Below are positions 28,456-37,825 of a DNA stretch of 64,000 nucleotides, piece by piece (position 1 is the stretch's first letter; every line of letters begins with the position of its first letter). Source of the stretch: an uncultured Pseudomonadota bacterium (lineage in GTDB: Bacteria > Desulfobacterota > Syntrophorhabdia > Syntrophorhabdales > CAYQXL01); the NCBI GenBank assembly GCA_964421445.1, contig CAYQXL010000002.1, forward strand, positions 13,602 to 77,601, read 5' to 3'. The notes beneath the pieces were generated by a model. The model saw nothing but the letters and a program-made list of their open reading frames with translations. It did not search any database and had not been told where the DNA came from. A program made the position numbers and the translations under genes.

Positions 28456-28738
28456 ATCCCATTTTTTTGATGAATTCGACGACCGGAATGGCGGGGAGTG
28501 TAATGAACTGAACAGTTCCCCGTGCTCCGAGATCGATCGATATTCTGGCTATGGCATCGTTGTCAGGGGCCTCGAGAATGTTTACAAAGTCGTATTGTCC
28601 CAGTGTGGCATACTGGGCAATGACCTTTGCCCCCATCCGTTCGATCTCTTCGTTGACTTCCTTGATACGGTCGGGATTCTTCCTTACCGTTCGTCTCCCC
28701 TCGTTTGTGAGTGTGCTCAGCATTATATATGTAGGCAT
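28454..28738 (-). CDS. GYD domain protein
   Basis: Internal ATG preceded by AAGGAG. The 94-aa product MPTYIMLSTLTNEGRRTV...GQYDFVNILEAPD matches the GYD family pattern. Confidence 0.75.
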   Translation of the reverse strand: MPTYIMLSTLTNEGRRTVRKNPDRIKEVNEEIERMGAKVIAQYATLGQYDFVNILEAPDNDAIARISIDLGARGTVQFITLPAIPVVEFIKKMG

Positions 28739-28982
28739 CGGTGCTCTCCTTTGATGTAGAGTATACCACCGGACGGTGACGGGCGAAAGAAGAAGCAACA
28801 ACGAAGGAAACTGGTCAGGGGAAGCCTTCGGTTGCAGAGGTGATGACGGGGGCCGGGGTCACAAAAGGCCGGTCTGAGGGACAATGGTCTGTGGTGGGGC
28901 GCAGCCGGTGTTGTGCGATTCGGGAATCACATTGAAAGTTATAAAGTATTGGTGTAATCTGTTCCGGTCAGGAGGACATGGG

Positions 28983-30287
28983 ATGAACAAGAAGATTAAG
29001 ATTTCATTAAGTATCTCTCTGGTACTGATCTTCCTCCTCGGGTTTTACATGGGGGCCCAGGGGAAGAAACCGCTTGTCACCGACGAAAGCAAGGAGATAT
29101 ACGAACATCTGAAGGTCTTTTCCGATGTTATCGATATTGTGAAGAAAAACTATGTCGATAAGGTCAAAGATAAAGAGATTGTCTATTCGGCAATAAAGGG
29201 AATTCTCGAATCCCTTGATCCTCACTCTACGTTTATGGCTCCTGATTCCTATAAGGAGATGCAGACAGAAACAAAAGGTGAATTTGGAGGGATAGGGATT
29301 GAGATCACAATCAAGGATGGCTTTCCAACGGTAATAACACCTATCGAGGACACCCCCGCTTACAAGGCTGGTCTCAAGTCCGGTGATCACATCGTAAAGA
29401 TTGACGGGAAGCCCACAAAGAACATGAGCCTTGTCGATGTGGTCAAGCTCATCAGGGGTCTCAAGGGAAAACCGGTCATTCTGACGATAATGAGAGAAGG
29501 ACTGACGACGCCCCAGGATTACAAGGTGGTCCGGGACATCATTAAAGTGAAGAGCGTGAAATATAAGATGCTCGAAGACGGGTACGGATATGTCCGGGTC
29601 ACCCAGTTTCAGGAAAAGACGTCGAAGGATCTGGAACTTGCCATGGCCGATCTGGAGAAGCAGAACAAAAAGCCTCTCAAGGGGCTCATCCTCGATCTCA
29701 GGAACGATCCGGGCGGGCTCCTGGATCAGGCCGTAGGCGTGGCCGACAAGTTTATACCGGAAGGTCTCATCGTTTATATCGAAGGCAGGAAAAAGGCTGA
29801 CGACAAGATGAGGTTCTATGCCAAGAAGAGAGATGACTATACAGGACCACTCGTTGTCCTTGTCAATGAGGGGAGCGCCAGCGCGTCAGAGATTGTTGCC
29901 GGGGCCCTTCAGGATCACAAACGGGCCATCCTTGTTGGAACGAAGACGTTCGGCAAGGGGTCGGTCCAGACCATATTTCCTCTGAACGACGGTTCAGCGG
30001 TCAAGCTGACAACGGCGAAATACTATACGCCGAAGGGACGATCTATTCAGGCCGAAGGGATTACGCCTGACATTGTGGTTGAGAGTAACGTTGTCAGAAA
30101 AAAGGACATGGGAACGAGGGCAATCCGGGAAGCGGATCTTGAAAAACATCTCGAATCTCCGGCGAAAACGGACAAGACCGACAAGGTGCCAGGCCCTTCA
30201 AATGACCGGATCGTTTCAGAGGACGATTTTCAGCTCGGCATGGCGCTCCAGGTTCTGAAAGGCTGGGATAACCTCAGGGGCAAGTAG
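28983..30287 (+). CDS. carboxy-terminal processing protease (S41)
   Basis: The ATG behind AGGAGGA gives a membrane anchor (MNKKIKISLSISLVLIFLLG). It has a PDZ region (GIGIEI...GDHIVKIDG), DLRNDPGG, and SASASE with the catalytic Ser. Confidence 0.92.
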   Translation: MNKKIKISLSISLVLIFLLGFYMGAQGKKPLVTDESKEIYEHLKVFSDVIDIVKKNYVDKVKDKEIVYSAIKGILESLDPHSTFMAPDSYKEMQTETKGEFGGIGIEITIKDGFPTVITPIEDTPAYKAGLKSGDHIVKIDGKPTKNMSLVDVVKLIRGLKGKPVILTIMREGLTTPQDYKVVRDIIKVKSVKYKMLEDGYGYVRVTQFQEKTSKDLELAMADLEKQNKKPLKGLILDLRNDPGGLLDQAVGVADKFIPEGLIVYIEGRKKADDKMRFYAKKRDDYTGPLVVLVNEGSASASEIVAGALQDHKRAILVGTKTFGKGSVQTIFPLNDGSAVKLTTAKYYTPKGRSIQAEGITPDIVVESNVVRKKDMGTRAIREADLEKHLESPAKTDKTDKVPGPSNDRIVSEDDFQLGMALQVLKGWDNLRGK

Positions 30288-30321
30288 GAGATTTTCCCGC
30301 GGTAGAGTGATGGCCGTCGGG

Positions 30322-30714
30322 TTATGGCGCGAGAGACAGGGAGAGACCCTTCCTGAGATCGTCAGGCATTTTGACAGGTCTCCCTGTAAGGTTCACGCAG
30401 AGCATCGTTGTTTCTCCCCTGGTTGTTACAACACCCTCTTTTGATACGATATGGGTGAGAAGGAAAGAGGCGTGCTTCAGTTCCTTCAGGGACGTTTCAA
30501 CGGTGATCGTATCTCCGTAGCGAAGTTTTCCGACCAGGTCAAGACTGACGTTCTTCACCATGACAAAAATACCCCGCTTTTCGAGCTCTGTCAGGGGAAT
30601 GCCCATGGTGCGAAAGAATTCGAACCATGACCGTTCGAAAAACTTCAGGTAATTCGCAAAGTAGACAACGCCTCCGGCATCCGTGTCCTGATAGTAGATA
30701 TCTGTTTTGTACAC
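30322..30714 (-). CDS. 4HBT/YbgC-type acyl-CoA thioesterase
   Basis: 130 aa. YYQDTDAGGVVYFANYLKFFE hot-dog fold signature with the catalytic Asp. Confidence 0.85.
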   Translation of the reverse strand: MYKTDIYYQDTDAGGVVYFANYLKFFERSWFEFFRTMGIPLTELEKRGIFVMVKNVSLDLVGKLRYGDTITVETSLKELKHASFLLTHIVSKEGVVTTRGETTMLCVNLTGRPVKMPDDLRKGLSLSLAP

Positions 30715-30907
30715 TGTCTGGTCTTACCACGGATGGGTCATCCAGTCAATCAATTCAGTTTTTAAGGAATCGGAACAATAGGGACCTTGATATTTTACCG
30801 TGGCTGTCATATTTTAAAGAACCGGTTTTTATTGTTTTCTGGACAGCAACGGCAGGGAGGCTCAGGCCTGCTCGGCGGAACTATTCTACTATTAAGGAGG
30901 CATTACG

Positions 30908-32125
30908 ATGAGACCTGTTGAGATCAAGCCGAATATCTACTGGGTTGGAGCCATTGACTGGGCTGTCCGTGATTTTCACGGATATATAACACAAAACGGG
31001 ACGACGTATAACAATTATCTGCTCCTCGATGATCAGATCACCCTCTTTGATACGGTCAAGCATGAGTTTGACGAAGTGACCGTGGACAACATCAGGAAGA
31101 TCGTTGATCCGGGAAAGATTTCAAATGTTGTTATCAATCATATTGAGCCTGATCATGTGAGCAGTATCGAGTCAGTCATGCGCCAGGCGCCCCATGCTGT
31201 CATCTATATTACTGAACGGGGCAAGAAGGGCCTCGACAGGCACTATGATACGTCAAAATGGACGTTCAAGATTGTCAAGAGTGGTGACACGCTCAATACC
31301 GGCAGTCACACCCTCCTCTTTCTTGAAACACCGATGCTCCACTGGCCCGACTCTATGGTTACCTACATCAAGGAAGCAAAGCTGCTCATCTCTCAGGATG
31401 CCTTTGGACAGCATATTGCCACGACATCACGGTTTGACGATGAATTTGTCGCGTGCCATTCACTTTTTGAACTGGACGACGCCATAGCAGATTACTACGC
31501 CAATATCCTGATGCCTTTTGGACAGCTCATTAAGGCAAAGATCAATGAAATTGTCAAAGCCGGTCTTGAGATCGACATGATCGCTCCCGATCACGGAGTG
31601 ATATGGAGAAAGGACCCAGGGAAGATTATACAGATGTACATGGATCTGGCCAGCGGCAAGGCAGACCTCAGTGTATCGATCATTTACGATACAATGTGGC
31701 ACAGCACGGAACGGATGACGACCCCCCTCATGCAGGGTATCAAGGATGAAGGTGTTGATTGCAAGGTCATCAAGCTCAGGGCAACGCCCATGAGTGTGGC
31801 CATCAAGGAGTTCTGGAAGGGAAGGGGATGCCTTGTTGGTACTCCGACCATCAACAATGTCATGTTCCCGTCGGTTGCAGAATTTCTCCATCATCTGGGC
31901 GGACTGAGACCTAAAGACAGAATGGTGGGAGCTTTCGGCAGTTTCGGATGGGGCGGTGGTGCGGTAAAGCAGGCGTATGAGAGTTTCAAGAAGATGGGCC
32001 TTGAAAGTGTCGAACCGGGCGTTCAGATTCTCTACAGGCCGTCGGCAGAGGACGAGGAAAAATGTTACCGGTACGGCAGGGACTTTGCAGCCAAAGTGAA
32101 GGAATATCACAAGAACTACCAATAA
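30908..32125 (+). CDS. fprA: flavodiiron protein (FprA / rubredoxin:oxygen oxidoreductase type)
   Basis: 405 aa. Metallo-beta-lactamase-like diiron motif NHIEPDHVSS plus a C-terminal flavodoxin-like domain. SD AAGGAGG. Confidence 0.9.
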   Translation: MRPVEIKPNIYWVGAIDWAVRDFHGYITQNGTTYNNYLLLDDQITLFDTVKHEFDEVTVDNIRKIVDPGKISNVVINHIEPDHVSSIESVMRQAPHAVIYITERGKKGLDRHYDTSKWTFKIVKSGDTLNTGSHTLLFLETPMLHWPDSMVTYIKEAKLLISQDAFGQHIATTSRFDDEFVACHSLFELDDAIADYYANILMPFGQLIKAKINEIVKAGLEIDMIAPDHGVIWRKDPGKIIQMYMDLASGKADLSVSIIYDTMWHSTERMTTPLMQGIKDEGVDCKVIKLRATPMSVAIKEFWKGRGCLVGTPTINNVMFPSVAEFLHHLGGLRPKDRMVGAFGSFGWGGGAVKQAYESFKKMGLESVEPGVQILYRPSAEDEEKCYRYGRDFAAKVKEYHKNYQ

Positions 32126-32141
32126 TTAAAGGAGGGTGACT

Positions 32142-32273
32142 ATGTGGACGTGTTCGGTGTGTGGATATCAGTATGACGAAAAGGCCGAAGGGACGGCTTT
32201 CGCCGATCTTCCTGACGGATGGCAGTGTCCCGTCTGTAATGCTCCGAAAGAGGCATTCGAGAAAGTCGATTAG
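32142..32273 (+). CDS. rubredoxin (43 aa; below the ORF-track cutoff)
   Basis: Read directly from the sequence: [43 protein letters not shown], with both CxxC knuckles. SD GGAGGG lies 6 nt upstream, 16 nt after the fprA stop. Confidence 0.85.
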   Translation: MWTCSVCGYQYDEKAEGTAFADLPDGWQCPVCNAPKEAFEKVD

Positions 32274-32319
32274 ACGGCTGGTCCAGAGTTTTGTAAATTA
32301 AACAAGGGAGGAGCAGGAG

Positions 32320-32814
32320 ATGTCAAAAACTGAACAGAATCTGAAAGAAGCGTTTGCCGGGGAATCCCAGGCGAACAGAAAGTATCTTGCTTTTGCGAAG
32401 AAAGCCGAGGACGAGGGTTTCAAGGCCGTTGCGCGACTCTTCCGGGCTGCTGCAGAGGCTGAAACGGTTCATGCCCACAACCATTTGAGGGAACTGAAGG
32501 GTATCAGGAGCACGAAAGAGAATCTTCTGGAAGCGATAGATGGCGAATCACACGAGTTTCAGAGCATGTATCCTCAGATGATTGAGGATGCCAAAGCCGA
32601 AGGAAATACCGGGGCCCTGAGGAGCTTTCACATTGCCAACGAAGTCGAGAAGGTTCATGCAGCCCTCTACAAGAAGGCACTGGAGAGTCTCGGAACGAAT
32701 GAAGAGACCGAATACTATATCTGTAAGGTGTGCGGGTATACGGCTGAAGGTGGAGCGCCCGATACCTGTCCTGTGTGCGGTGCGAAGAAGGTTGCATTTT
32801 ATAAGGTAGACTAA
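32320..32814 (+). CDS. rbr: rubrerythrin
   Basis: 164 aa. TEQNLKEAFAGESQANRKY ferritin-like diiron domain plus the C-terminal rubredoxin-like CKVCGY...CPVCG. Confidence 0.93.
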   Translation: MSKTEQNLKEAFAGESQANRKYLAFAKKAEDEGFKAVARLFRAAAEAETVHAHNHLRELKGIRSTKENLLEAIDGESHEFQSMYPQMIEDAKAEGNTGALRSFHIANEVEKVHAALYKKALESLGTNEETEYYICKVCGYTAEGGAPDTCPVCGAKKVAFYKVD

Positions 32815-32818
32815 GAAC

Positions 32819-32851
32819 GGCCAGGGGACCGGGTCCGATCCGGACCTGGCC
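32819..32851 (+). other. GC-rich stem-loop between rbr and isf
   Basis: GGCCAGG (32819-25) pairs with CCTGGCC (32845-51), with an inner CCGG/CCGG helix. No adjacent T-run, so it is more likely an intercistronic RNA structure than a full terminator. Confidence 0.35.
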
Positions 32852-32872
32852 CCCTTCCGACGGTAGTTTTCT

Positions 32873-33445
32873 ATGAATATAATAGCCTTTCACGGAAGCC
32901 CGAGAAAAGAGGGGAATACGGATATCCTCCTGCAGGAGGCAATCCGCGGAGTCTCAACGGCCGGTCACGATGTCCGACTCTTCAGTCTGAATGACTGTGC
33001 TCTCCGTCCGTGCCAGAACTGCGGAGGGTGCAGTGAGACGGGAGCGTGTGTGATGACTGATGATATGCAGGAGATACACGGCGCTATCCGTAACGCTGAC
33101 AGGATTATCCTCGCCTCTCCCATATTCTTCTTTGGTCTGTCAGCTCAGACTAAGATTATGATCGATCGGTGCCAGCCTTTCTGGTATGAGAAATATATTC
33201 TCCACCGTCCTCTCCAGGGTGGTCTCCATGGCCGTAAGGGACTCCTTATTCTTGTCGGCGGCATGACGCGGGAGATCGGCGTACAGTGTGGTGGTGCCAC
33301 GGGGACGGCTTTTTTCAGGACGATCAGTGTTCCGGAACACGAAACGATCTCGTTTCTCGGCGTCGATGAGAAAGGGGCCATTCGTGCCAGGCCTGATGCT
33401 CTCGCGAAAGTTTTTGAAGCGGGAGTTCGTCTATCTTCCCCGTAA
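32873..33445 (+). CDS. iron-sulfur flavoprotein (Isf) / NADPH-dependent FMN reductase family
   Basis: 190 aa. Flavodoxin-like HGSPRKEGNT and the compact Cys motif CQNCGGCSETGAC (Cx2Cx2Cx5C) characteristic of Isf. Confidence 0.8.
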   Translation: MNIIAFHGSPRKEGNTDILLQEAIRGVSTAGHDVRLFSLNDCALRPCQNCGGCSETGACVMTDDMQEIHGAIRNADRIILASPIFFFGLSAQTKIMIDRCQPFWYEKYILHRPLQGGLHGRKGLLILVGGMTREIGVQCGGATGTAFFRTISVPEHETISFLGVDEKGAIRARPDALAKVFEAGVRLSSP

Positions 33446-33485
33446 AGAGCCCCGATACATCGAGCGACACCGCATTCTCTTCGCG

Positions 33486-33514
33486 TTGACAATGGTGGCG
33501 GAGCATAGTATAAA
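33486..33514 (+). promoter_or_regulatory. candidate sigma70 promoter of feoAB
   Basis: TTGACA (33486-91), 17-nt spacer, TATAAA (33509-14), 22 nt upstream of the ATG at 33536. Confidence 0.5.
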
Positions 33515-33535
33515 CAAGCTCATCAACACAATCCT

Positions 33536-35803
33536 ATGACATCATCACGACAGAACGACACAGAACCACCGGTGACCGTTGCCTCCCTGGAGGAGGGTCA
33601 CGAAGCGATCGTCTATTCTCTGGCAGGGGGAAAGAACTTTTCGTCCAGGCTTGCAGGGATGGGTGTTGTGCCTGGAGTGCGGATCAAGGTTCTCAGAAAG
33701 AGCGGTGGATCGGTGATCATTTTTGCATCCGGTACGCGGGTTGCTTTAGGCACGGGGGAAGCGAACAAGATACTGGTCATACGAGTCCCCGATCCGGCTA
33801 TAATTCTTCCGGTGGACAGAGAACGGAAAACCTTTCTCGTTGCTCTCGCCGGACAGCCGAATGTAGGGAAATCGACTGTTTTCAATGTTATCACTGGTCT
33901 TTCTCAGCATGTCGGCAATTGGCCGGGAAAGACGGTTGAAAAAAAAGAAGGCTTTCATTCGGCTGATGATTTTGACCTCAAGATAGTCGATCTGCCCGGA
34001 ACCTACAGTCTCAGTGCTCTGTCCGAGGAAGAAAGGGTGGCCCGGGAGTTCATCATCCACGAACAACCTGACGTTGTCGTTGTTGTTGTCGACGCCTCGG
34101 CACTCGAGCGAAGCCTCTATCTTTTGACCGAGATTCTTCTTCTGGAAGCGCCTGTTGTCCTTGCGGTCAATATGATCGATGTCGCTGAGCAGCACGGTAC
34201 GACCATTGACATCGACGCCCTGCGAAATGTCCTCGGCCTTCCCGTTGTTCCCATGGTGGCTGCGAAGAACAAGGGGATCAAAGATCTTCTTGCCGTTGTC
34301 ATCGATGTCATCGGAGGGAAGGTCGCTGCAGCACCAAGAATGCCCCGGGTTACGGAGGATCATGCCGAGATCTTTGCCAGGCTTGTTGAATTGATCGGGG
34401 GATATGTTCCTCCCCTTTTCACTGACCGTTGGGTGGCGACAAAGCTGATGGAAGGGGACCCCGAGGTGACAACAACAATGGAAGGTCACGTCCCTTCCCA
34501 GGTGTGGGCTGATGTTCAGTTGCTCCTGAGAAAGCACGAAGACGCCCTTCGGGCAGTTGTCGGAGGCCGGTACGACTGGATCGAAGAGATAACGAGGGCA
34601 TCGGTCTCTCACTTCAAGATGGGACAGATGGTTATCACCGACAGGATTGACCACCTCCTGACGCGGCCCGTTATCGGGATACCGGTTCTTTTTGCCATAT
34701 TGGCCATCGTTTTTCTCCTCACCTATGAAGTTGGTTTTCCTCTCCAGGAGTGGCTTGAATCATTGGTGGCGGCAGCGGGCAGAGGAATTGGGGCCGGGCT
34801 TGCTGATGCACCCCTATGGCTGAAGGGGCTTGTGATCGACGGCATTCTCGGTGGTGTAGGATCGGTCTTGACCTTTGTCCCTCTTCTCATGATATTTTTT
34901 GCCGTCATGGCCTTTCTCGAAAATGTAGGCTACATGGCCCGGGCGGCATTTGTCATGGACAAGTTTATGCACATTATCGGACTTCACGGAAAGAGTTTTC
35001 TCCCCATGTGTCTCGGGTTCGGCTGCAATGTTCCCTCTGTCCTGGGGGCCCGGATAGTGGAATCGAAAAAGGCACGCCTTCTGACGATATTTCTCGCCCC
35101 CTTCATCCCCTGTACAGGCCGGCTGGCAGTTCTGACGTTCGTAACGGCAGCGGTTTTCGGTGAGAAAGCCCTTGTTGTTACCTGGTCCCTTGTTGTTCTC
35201 AATATTCTTGCTCTCGGGTTTGCCGGCATTCTCATAAGCAGGCTTTTTCTCAAGGATGAGCCTATTCCTTTTATCATGGAACTGCCCCTCTATCACCGTC
35301 CCGATGCGAGGACAATCATTATGGCCATCTGGGCCCGAACTGTTGCCTTCATCAAAAAAGCGGGGACAATCATACTCGTCTTCTCGGTGGTATTGTGGGT
35401 GTTGGCCAATGTCCCCGGGGGAACGATCGATTCGAGTATTCTGGCCCGGATAGGCAGGCTTGTCGAACCGATTGGCGCTCCGCTCGGTCTTGACTGGAAA
35501 ATGATTGCCGCCCTTCTGTCGAGTATTATCGCCAAAGAAAATGCTGTTGCTACCCTCGGTGTTCTCTACGATGTCGGCGACCAGGGCCTGAGAAACGTTC
35601 TTCCGGGAGTAGTCAGCCATGCATCGGCCCTTTCTTTTCTCGTTGTCCTCATGGTTTTCGTTCCCTGTCTTCCCACCATTACGGTGATGAAACAGGAGAT
35701 GGCAGACTGGAGGTGGTTTGCCTTCTCTATCCTGTTCATGCTGGCTCTCTCCTTTTCTGCAGGTATGCTGGCTTATCACGGTGCTCTTCGTTTCGGATTG
35801 TAA
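33536..35803 (+). CDS. feoB: fused FeoA-FeoB ferrous iron transporter
   Basis: 755 aa. The N-terminal ~90 aa form an FeoA SH3-like domain (VYSLAGGKNFSSRLAGMGVVPGVRIKVL). Then comes the FeoB G-domain (GQPNVGKSTVFN, DLPGTYS) and the polytopic gate domains. Confidence 0.92.
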   Translation: MTSSRQNDTEPPVTVASLEEGHEAIVYSLAGGKNFSSRLAGMGVVPGVRIKVLRKSGGSVIIFASGTRVALGTGEANKILVIRVPDPAIILPVDRERKTFLVALAGQPNVGKSTVFNVITGLSQHVGNWPGKTVEKKEGFHSADDFDLKIVDLPGTYSLSALSEEERVAREFIIHEQPDVVVVVVDASALERSLYLLTEILLLEAPVVLAVNMIDVAEQHGTTIDIDALRNVLGLPVVPMVAAKNKGIKDLLAVVIDVIGGKVAAAPRMPRVTEDHAEIFARLVELIGGYVPPLFTDRWVATKLMEGDPEVTTTMEGHVPSQVWADVQLLLRKHEDALRAVVGGRYDWIEEITRASVSHFKMGQMVITDRIDHLLTRPVIGIPVLFAILAIVFLLTYEVGFPLQEWLESLVAAAGRGIGAGLADAPLWLKGLVIDGILGGVGSVLTFVPLLMIFFAVMAFLENVGYMARAAFVMDKFMHIIGLHGKSFLPMCLGFGCNVPSVLGARIVESKKARLLTIFLAPFIPCTGRLAVLTFVTAAVFGEKALVVTWSLVVLNILALGFAGILISRLFLKDEPIPFIMELPLYHRPDARTIIMAIWARTVAFIKKAGTIILVFSVVLWVLANVPGGTIDSSILARIGRLVEPIGAPLGLDWKMIAALLSSIIAKENAVATLGVLYDVGDQGLRNVLPGVVSHASALSFLVVLMVFVPCLPTITVMKQEMADWRWFAFSILFMLALSFSAGMLAYHGALRFGL

Positions 35804-36005
35804 AGAGATGACGTGCGTGCTTCGCGGGTATGTCCCTCCGGGAAAACTGCCGTCGATAGGGCAACCGTTGAGGAGGGATGGATCTGAAGAACAGAGTGTC
35901 CCTGTCCTGCGAATCCCTCTTCTCTGAAAAATATAAACGTTCAAGACGTTCTACAGGCACGGGATAGACAGGATCGCCGGGGCGACTTACACTATGTGAC
36001 AGGAT

Positions 36006-37160
36006 ATGTCGGTCTTCTTTCTTACATTTTTTACCCTCTACAGCGGTCTCCATCTCTTCGCTCTTTTGAGGATCCGCAATGCTTTCGGCCTGAGGGCCCT
36101 TCCTGTAGTCTGTCTTTCCATTTTTATGGCTTGCATGATTCTGGCGCCTCTTTTTGTCCGTTTGTTCGAAAGGGCTGACCAGATGGGGGCAGCTCAGGTA
36201 ACAGCCTACGCCGGATATCTCTGGATGGCATGGATTTTTCTTTTTTTTGTGAGCCTTCTTGCCGTCGATTCTCTGCGGTTTCTTGTGCTGGGAGCAAGAA
36301 AGATTGGCGGGTTTCCTTTTGTCGAAACCCCTCATGTTCAGCGATGGTTGGTTGTGACTGCCATCGGTCTTGCGACGGTCTCGTCGGTCTATGGTTTTGT
36401 GGAAGCCCGGACAGTCCGGGTGAACAGGGTTGTTGTCGAATCATCACGGCTTGCTCCCTCTCGTGGTGAGGTCAGGATAGCCCAGATATCAGATTTGCAC
36501 CTTGGTCTTATCGTCGGAAAAAAGAGACTGAACAACATCGTCTCTCTCATCGAGGCGGAAGATCCGCATATCATCGTTTCGACCGGCGATTTGGTGGATA
36601 TTGATGCCCGTAAGCTCGATGGTCTGTCAGGTATTCTTAACCGCCTCGCTCCCCGACAGGGCAAGTACGCAGTAATGGGAAATCACGAGTTCTATGCCGG
36701 GATAGGGGAAGCGGTAGCGTTCACGGAAAGGGCCGGTTTTCGTATTTTGCGGGGCGAGGCCGTGGAGCCCTTGCCCGGTGTGCGTATGGTCGGTGTTGAC
36801 GATGATGTTGGAATGGCCTTTCATGGCATGAAATCGGCAGTGGACGAATCGGCTCTTCTTGGAAGAGTGAGGGACGATGAGTTCATAATCGTACTGAAGC
36901 ACCGCCCTCTTGTGTCCCGTGATGCTCTCGACCGCTTCGATCTCCAGCTTTCCGGTCACACCCACGGAGGTCAGATCTTTCCCTTCTCTTTTGTCACCAG
37001 GCGTGTATTTCCCTACAGCTCGGGGATGCACCAGGTGGGAAGAGAATCCCTCGTCTTCGTAAGCAGGGGAAGCGGCACCTGGGGCCCGCCTGTCCGACTG
37101 TTTGCACCGCCCGAGATAACGGTTATTCACATCCGCCCCAATCCTCTTGTCCCTCGTTGA
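36006..37160 (+). CDS. membrane-anchored metallophosphoesterase
   Basis: 384 aa. Four N-terminal TM segments, then the calcineurin-like motifs ISDLHLG, TGDLVD, MGNHEFY, SGHTHGGQ. Confidence 0.85.
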   Translation: MSVFFLTFFTLYSGLHLFALLRIRNAFGLRALPVVCLSIFMACMILAPLFVRLFERADQMGAAQVTAYAGYLWMAWIFLFFVSLLAVDSLRFLVLGARKIGGFPFVETPHVQRWLVVTAIGLATVSSVYGFVEARTVRVNRVVVESSRLAPSRGEVRIAQISDLHLGLIVGKKRLNNIVSLIEAEDPHIIVSTGDLVDIDARKLDGLSGILNRLAPRQGKYAVMGNHEFYAGIGEAVAFTERAGFRILRGEAVEPLPGVRMVGVDDDVGMAFHGMKSAVDESALLGRVRDDEFIIVLKHRPLVSRDALDRFDLQLSGHTHGGQIFPFSFVTRRVFPYSSGMHQVGRESLVFVSRGSGTWGPPVRLFAPPEITVIHIRPNPLVPR

Positions 37161-37188
37161 CACTCGTGGAAAAGACGTTAGAATTCCC

Positions 37189-37217
37189 TTGACACTAAGT
37201 AAATAATATTTAATACT
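37189..37217 (+). promoter_or_regulatory. candidate sigma70 promoter of the 12-gene catabolic operon
   Basis: TTGACA (37189-94), then a 16/17-nt spacer and TAATAC/AATACT, in a locally AT-rich stretch. It overlaps a 10-bp direct repeat (see findings). Confidence 0.45.
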
Positions 37218-37247
37218 TTAACAAATATTTAATTGATAGGTGGCTTG

Positions 37248-37790
37248 ATGGATATCGGCGGAAAAATGCGGGAGTTGAGGGAAAAAAGAGGTTTTACGAT
37301 CAAACGACTCGCGGAGATCGTTGAATGTACTCCGTCTCTCATATCCCAGCTCGAGCGGGGAAAAGCCGATCCGTCAATATCGATGCTGAAGAGAATCGCA
37401 AAAGGATTGAACGTCAATATCATCGATTTTTTCATGACATGTTCCGATGATGATGACGTTGTTACGCGGCTCGATGAACGGATCGATATCCAGTTAAAAA
37501 AATGGGACGCTCGGATTCAGTCTCTCGTCAAAACAGTAACGAATAAAAAGATGCAGCCCTTTTTTACGGTCATTGGGCCTGGCGGTGGTTCGCACGGGAT
37601 CTATTCCCATGAAGGCGAAGAATTCGGATATCTCCTGAAGGGAGAACTGGAACTCGTCCTTAACGACACTGTTCATATCGTAAAGGCAAATGAAAGTTTC
37701 TATTTTTCGTCGCAGACGCCCCATGACTGGAACAACAAAGGTACAGAAGACGCGGTGGTCATCTGGGTTATTACGCCGCCGACGTTTTAA
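37248..37790 (+). CDS. XRE-family HTH regulator with C-terminal cupin sensor domain
   Basis: I chose the ATG at 37248. It has an HTH_3 pattern (LRELREKRGFTIKRLAEIVECTPSLISQLERG) and a cupin pattern (HEGEEFGYLLKGELEL...ESFYFSSQTPH). Confidence 0.85.
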   Translation: MDIGGKMRELREKRGFTIKRLAEIVECTPSLISQLERGKADPSISMLKRIAKGLNVNIIDFFMTCSDDDDVVTRLDERIDIQLKKWDARIQSLVKTVTNKKMQPFFTVIGPGGGSHGIYSHEGEEFGYLLKGELELVLNDTVHIVKANESFYFSSQTPHDWNNKGTEDAVVIWVITPPTF

Positions 37791-37825
37791 AGGAAATCCG
37801 GTTAAAGACTATCAAGGAGGGAATT

